Assembly: GCA_963843145.1 (NCBI GenBank) | Contig: CAWJJC010000020.1 | Coordinates: 544,001 to 608,000 of the forward strand | Length of the DNA stretch: 64,000 nucleotides | Direction of reading: 5' to 3' | Source: an uncultured delta proteobacterium | GTDB taxonomy: Bacteria; Desulfobacterota; RBG-13-43-22 | Notes under the pieces: model-generated | The model's input: the letters and a program-made list of their open reading frames with translations, nothing else | Databases searched by the model: none | Told to the model about the DNA's origin: nothing | Program-made: the position numbers and the translations under genes | Shown here: one piece after another, positions 60,955 through 64,000 of the stretch | How the letters are laid out: every line of letters begins with the position of its first letter | How positions within the stretch are numbered: position 1 is the first letter of the stretch

Positions 60955-61620
60955 ATGTCCGGAGAAGTCTGGTTTTCTCTTCGGCTCTCCCTGCAGGTGG
61001 CCTTCCTGGCTACGCTGCTTATTGTGATTGTAGGAGTAGCGGTCGGATACCTGTTGGCCCGGAAAATTTTTTGGGGCCGCGAGTTGGTTGATATCCTGTT
61101 TACTTTGCCGCTGGTCTTGCCCCCCACGGTAACCGGATACTATTTGATCATCTTCTTCGGCCGAAACGGCTGGTTGGGAAAGAGTCTCTATACCTGGACC
61201 GGGTGGAGCATCATGTTCACTTGGTATGCCGCCGTGCTGGCCTCCTTTGTGGTGGCCCTGCCGCTCATGGTGCGGACCACCCGGGCGGCCATCGAGTCGA
61301 TCGACCCCAACCTGATTCTGGCCTCCTACACGTTAGGCCATTCCGAAATGAAGACGGCCTGGAAGGTCGTTTTACCGCTGGCCCGCCGGGGGATCATCGC
61401 GGGGACGGTCCTGTCTTTCGCCCGGGCCATGGGGGAATTCGGGGCCACTTTGATGCTGGCCGGAAACCTTCCCGGGAAAACCAACACCCTGCCCTTGACC
61501 ATCTATACCCTGGCCGGGAGCGGCGAATGGCCGCAGGCCCAGGGGGTGGTACTTATCCTCACGGTCACCTCCGGTGTCTTTCTCTATCTGGCCAACCGTT
61601 TTGGGCGGAAGGCCTGGTGA
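60955..61620 (+). CDS. modB: Molybdate ABC permease
   Basis: LPLVLPPTVTGY, FARAMGEFGAT, GNLPGKTNTLPL. Confidence 0.95.
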   Translation: MSGEVWFSLRLSLQVAFLATLLIVIVGVAVGYLLARKIFWGRELVDILFTLPLVLPPTVTGYYLIIFFGRNGWLGKSLYTWTGWSIMFTWYAAVLASFVVALPLMVRTTRAAIESIDPNLILASYTLGHSEMKTAWKVVLPLARRGIIAGTVLSFARAMGEFGATLMLAGNLPGKTNTLPLTIYTLAGSGEWPQAQGVVLILTVTSGVFLYLANRFGRKAW

Positions 61621-62333
61621 TGGGCCTTTCTCTGCAATTGGTTAAGAAGGTGGATGGGTTTACCCTGGAGGTGGAATGGGCCATCCAAGAGGAATTGGCC
61701 GTCCTTTTCGGATTTTCCGGGGCCGGAAAAACGATGACCCTTCAGATGATTGCCGGTCTGATGAAACCGGATCAGGGAACCATCTGTTTAGGCGGCCAGA
61801 CACTGTTCGACAGCCGGGCCGGAATCGACGTCTGTCCCCAGGATCGATCCATCGGCTACGTCTTTCAGGACTTGGCCCTGTTTCCACACCTGACGGTCCG
61901 GGGCAATATTGTCTACGGGGCGAATGGGCTGGGAAAAAAGGAACGACGGGAAAAAACAGAGGAGATGATCGAAAGTTTTCATCTCCAAGGGCTGGGTGAC
62001 AAGAAACCGGTTGAGATTTCCGGGGGGCAACGGCAGCGGGTAGCCCTGGCCCGAGCGCTCATCCGTCGGCCGAAATTGCTCTTGTTGGATGAACCATTTT
62101 CAGCCCTCGACCATCCCCTCCGCTTGGAGATGCATCAGTACCTGACCAGGGCGGCCGGTGATTATAAGATTCCGGTAATTATGGTTACGCACGATTTGAA
62201 CGAAGCCTATAAGCTGGGTGACAAAATCATTATTTATTCCCAGGGACGGGTCACCCAAGCCGGCACCCCGGAAGAGGTTAGGAATAATCCCGTTATTCGT
62301 GAAGCCAAAAGGTTTTATGATTCTCCCGAATGA
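61620..62333 (+). CDS. modC: Molybdate ABC ATP-binding protein (short; no TOBE domain)
   Basis: ATG overlaps the modB stop; GFSGAGKT, GYVFQDLALFPHL, ISGGQRQRVALARAL. Confidence 0.92.
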   Translation: MGLSLQLVKKVDGFTLEVEWAIQEELAVLFGFSGAGKTMTLQMIAGLMKPDQGTICLGGQTLFDSRAGIDVCPQDRSIGYVFQDLALFPHLTVRGNIVYGANGLGKKERREKTEEMIESFHLQGLGDKKPVEISGGQRQRVALARALIRRPKLLLLDEPFSALDHPLRLEMHQYLTRAAGDYKIPVIMVTHDLNEAYKLGDKIIIYSQGRVTQAGTPEEVRNNPVIREAKRFYDSPE

Positions 62334-62372
62334 AACAACGGCCTGACCTCAGGCGCAAAGAGTTGCCCCGCC
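62333..62372 (-). promoter_or_regulatory. Bacterial SECIS element
   Basis: Minus strand after TGA: GGC-GGGGCAAC-TCTTTGC-GCCTG-AGGT-CAGGC-C-GTTGTTTC (lower and upper stems, G/U-containing apical loop). Confidence 0.75.
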
Positions 62373-63368
62373 TCAGGAAAAGCCACTGCCGGCCGTGCAG
62401 GCGTAGCAGTGGTCTCCTACCCGGATGGGGGTGCCGGCCGGAGGTGGACCTTCCATTTCCGAGACATGGACCTTTCCCTCACCATGAGGTAGGTCCAAGG
62501 CCAGGTTGAAGTCACAATCGTAGAGGATTCCTTCCCAGGAAACCGAAACCAGGGAACGGCACATAACCCCCGCCAAGGTGGCCGGGTTGAAGCCGGAGGC
62601 CAGCTTTTCCTGGTAGCGTAGCAGGTTTCCCGAGCGATCCAGCCAGTCCCGGTAGCGGCCCAGAGGGACATTGGCGAAGACATAGAGATGATTGAACAAC
62701 AGGCCCCACCGGTTTTCCAACTCCTTTCGAAAGCGCTTTTCCGCTTCGGTCTGGGAGGGGGGGAGAAAGGCCCCGCTGGGATTGCTGACCAGGTTCAGCT
62801 CCAGGCCGCTGCCTTCCCGGCCATAGCCCACCGCGTTCAGCCGCTGCAGGGTGGCGAGGGACTGCTGAAAAACGCCGGGACCCCGCTGGGCGTCGGTTTG
62901 GCCGGACTTCAGGGAAGGAAAAGAGGCCACCACCACCACCCGATGATCCTTCAGAATTTCAATCAGGGGAGACTGGGTGTCGCCGCCTAACGCCGTTAGA
63001 TTGGAACGAAGCATGATCCGGGGGCACTGGCGGAAAAGTCCCGTGATTAAACGGGTCAGGTTGGGATTCAACTCCGGGGCACCCCCGGTGATATCCGCCA
63101 CGGTAAACCCACCTCTACCGGCATAATCGATCACCTGATCGACCGTCTCGGCCGTCATAACTTCCTGTCGATGCGGACCGGCATCCAAGTGGCAGTGGCG
63201 GCAGGTCTGGTTGCAGAGCAGCCCCACATTTATCTGCAGGGTAGTAGTCTGATCCCGCACCAGGGACAATCCCTGTTCGGTCAAGGTGGTACTGAAAGGT
63301 TTGCTCCACCCCTGCTCAGGACCGGTGGAAAATTTTTCTGCCGGAAGACGAATAGCCGGTTCCATCAA
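62349..63368 (-). CDS. arsS: ArsS-family radical SAM selenoprotein (Sec at TGA 62373-62375)
   Basis: QINVGLLCNQTCRHCH, DITGGAPE, YDCDFN, HCYACTAGSGFS-TGA-GGA; SECIS-like hairpin follows; next stop at 62349. Confidence 0.85.
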
Positions 63369-63377
63369 ATAACCTAT

Positions 63378-63710
63378 CTACATGGACAGCTTTTCGGCCA
63401 CATTGCGCATCTGGACCCCGTGGACCAGGGAAGCCCCACCCCGAATGGCCACGGCCACATGCACGGCCTCGGTCATCTCGCTCAGGTCCGACCCTTTTTC
63501 CAGACAGGTCTGGGTATAGGCATCTATGCAGTAAGGGCACTGGACCGCATGAGCCACGGCCAGAGCGATCAGGGCTTTTTCCCGTTCGGTCAGGGCCCCT
63601 TCGGCAAAAACGGTCTGGTAATAGTCAAAAAATTTTTGGGCCAGGGTCGGCGCCTCCTTCCCGATCTCGGGAAACTTGGGCAGATCCTGGGGCCGGTAAT
63701 AAGTTTCCAT
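63378..63710 (-). CDS. AhpD/CMD-like peroxidase-related protein associated with ArsS
   Basis: METYYRPQDL...ALTEREKALIALAVAHAVQCPYCIDAY...IRGGASLVHGVQM. Confidence 0.9.
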   Translation of the reverse strand: METYYRPQDLPKFPEIGKEAPTLAQKFFDYYQTVFAEGALTEREKALIALAVAHAVQCPYCIDAYTQTCLEKGSDLSEMTEAVHVAVAIRGGASLVHGVQMRNVAEKLSM

Positions 63711-63796
63711 CAATCCCTCTCCTCCTCTAATCCAAAAATAATACGTCGCCATTTTCTAGTATAGAATATCATAATCAGATCCGAGAATACACCTAT

Positions 63797-64000
63797 TCAG
63801 CACTCCGACTTTAAGGGATTGCCGTCCCAGCCATCTGCAAAGGCTCGATATTCTTCCAAAGTATTTATATTTAAACAGACCTGGGGATCGCTGACCTTCA
63901 CTTTGGCCACCCGCTCCGGGGAAAGGTCTCGGATTTGTTTATCGAGGCGGGCTTCGGCGTTCGCAACGGGCACCGAAAGAAGTTGAACGAGAAAGCGTCG
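63797..64000 (-). CDS. C-terminus of a MocA/MobA-like nucleotidyltransferase (partial; not in the ORF track)
   Basis: Open frame from the window edge: ...ARLDKQIRDL...VKVSDPQVCLNINTLEEY...; NINT-xEEY resembles the NTP-transferase C-terminal motif. Confidence 0.55.
   Translation of the reverse strand, partial: RRFLVQLLSVPVANAEARLDKQIRDLSPERVAKVKVSDPQVCLNINTLEEYRAFADGWDGNPLKSEC

Overview
Gene-dense window, most likely from an anaerobic Desulfobacterota (deltaproteobacterial) genome. That assignment is inferred from the fused hisHF, CooT/DUF3842, a selenocysteine ArsS and the style of the intergenic repeats. The window is dominated by ion/metal homeostasis. In order: fused hisHF (partial); an Nramp-related Mg2+ transporter with a stand-alone MgtE-type cytoplasmic protein and a HAD phosphatase; an MFS transporter, enolase and a HIT protein; a fluoride riboswitch with terminator directly driving a dynamin-like GTPase. 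Next is a ~30 kb minus-strand island with two ChrA transporters, two ECF-sigma/anti-sigma/periplasmic-sensor triads, an RND-TolC pump, two MacB/Lol-type ABC systems, two decayed sigma copies, vapBC, an IS21 remnant and a Zn/Mn-type ABC importer led by a DUF2946-like RAPP leader peptide. Then come a putative Ni/Co TonB uptake locus, two cobalamin riboswitches (cobU; btuBFCD-tonB), a leaderless PadR gene heading modABC, and an ArsS radical SAM gene whose apparent stop is probably selenocysteine (SECIS visible). Many genes carry single-base frameshifts, probably sequencing/assembly error rather than true decay. The best candidate for an undescribed system is the fluoride-riboswitch-controlled dynamin-like GTPase in a neighbourhood of fluoride-linked genes, with no Fluc/CLC-F exporter in the window. 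All calls are made by eye from sequence motifs; no database searches were run.
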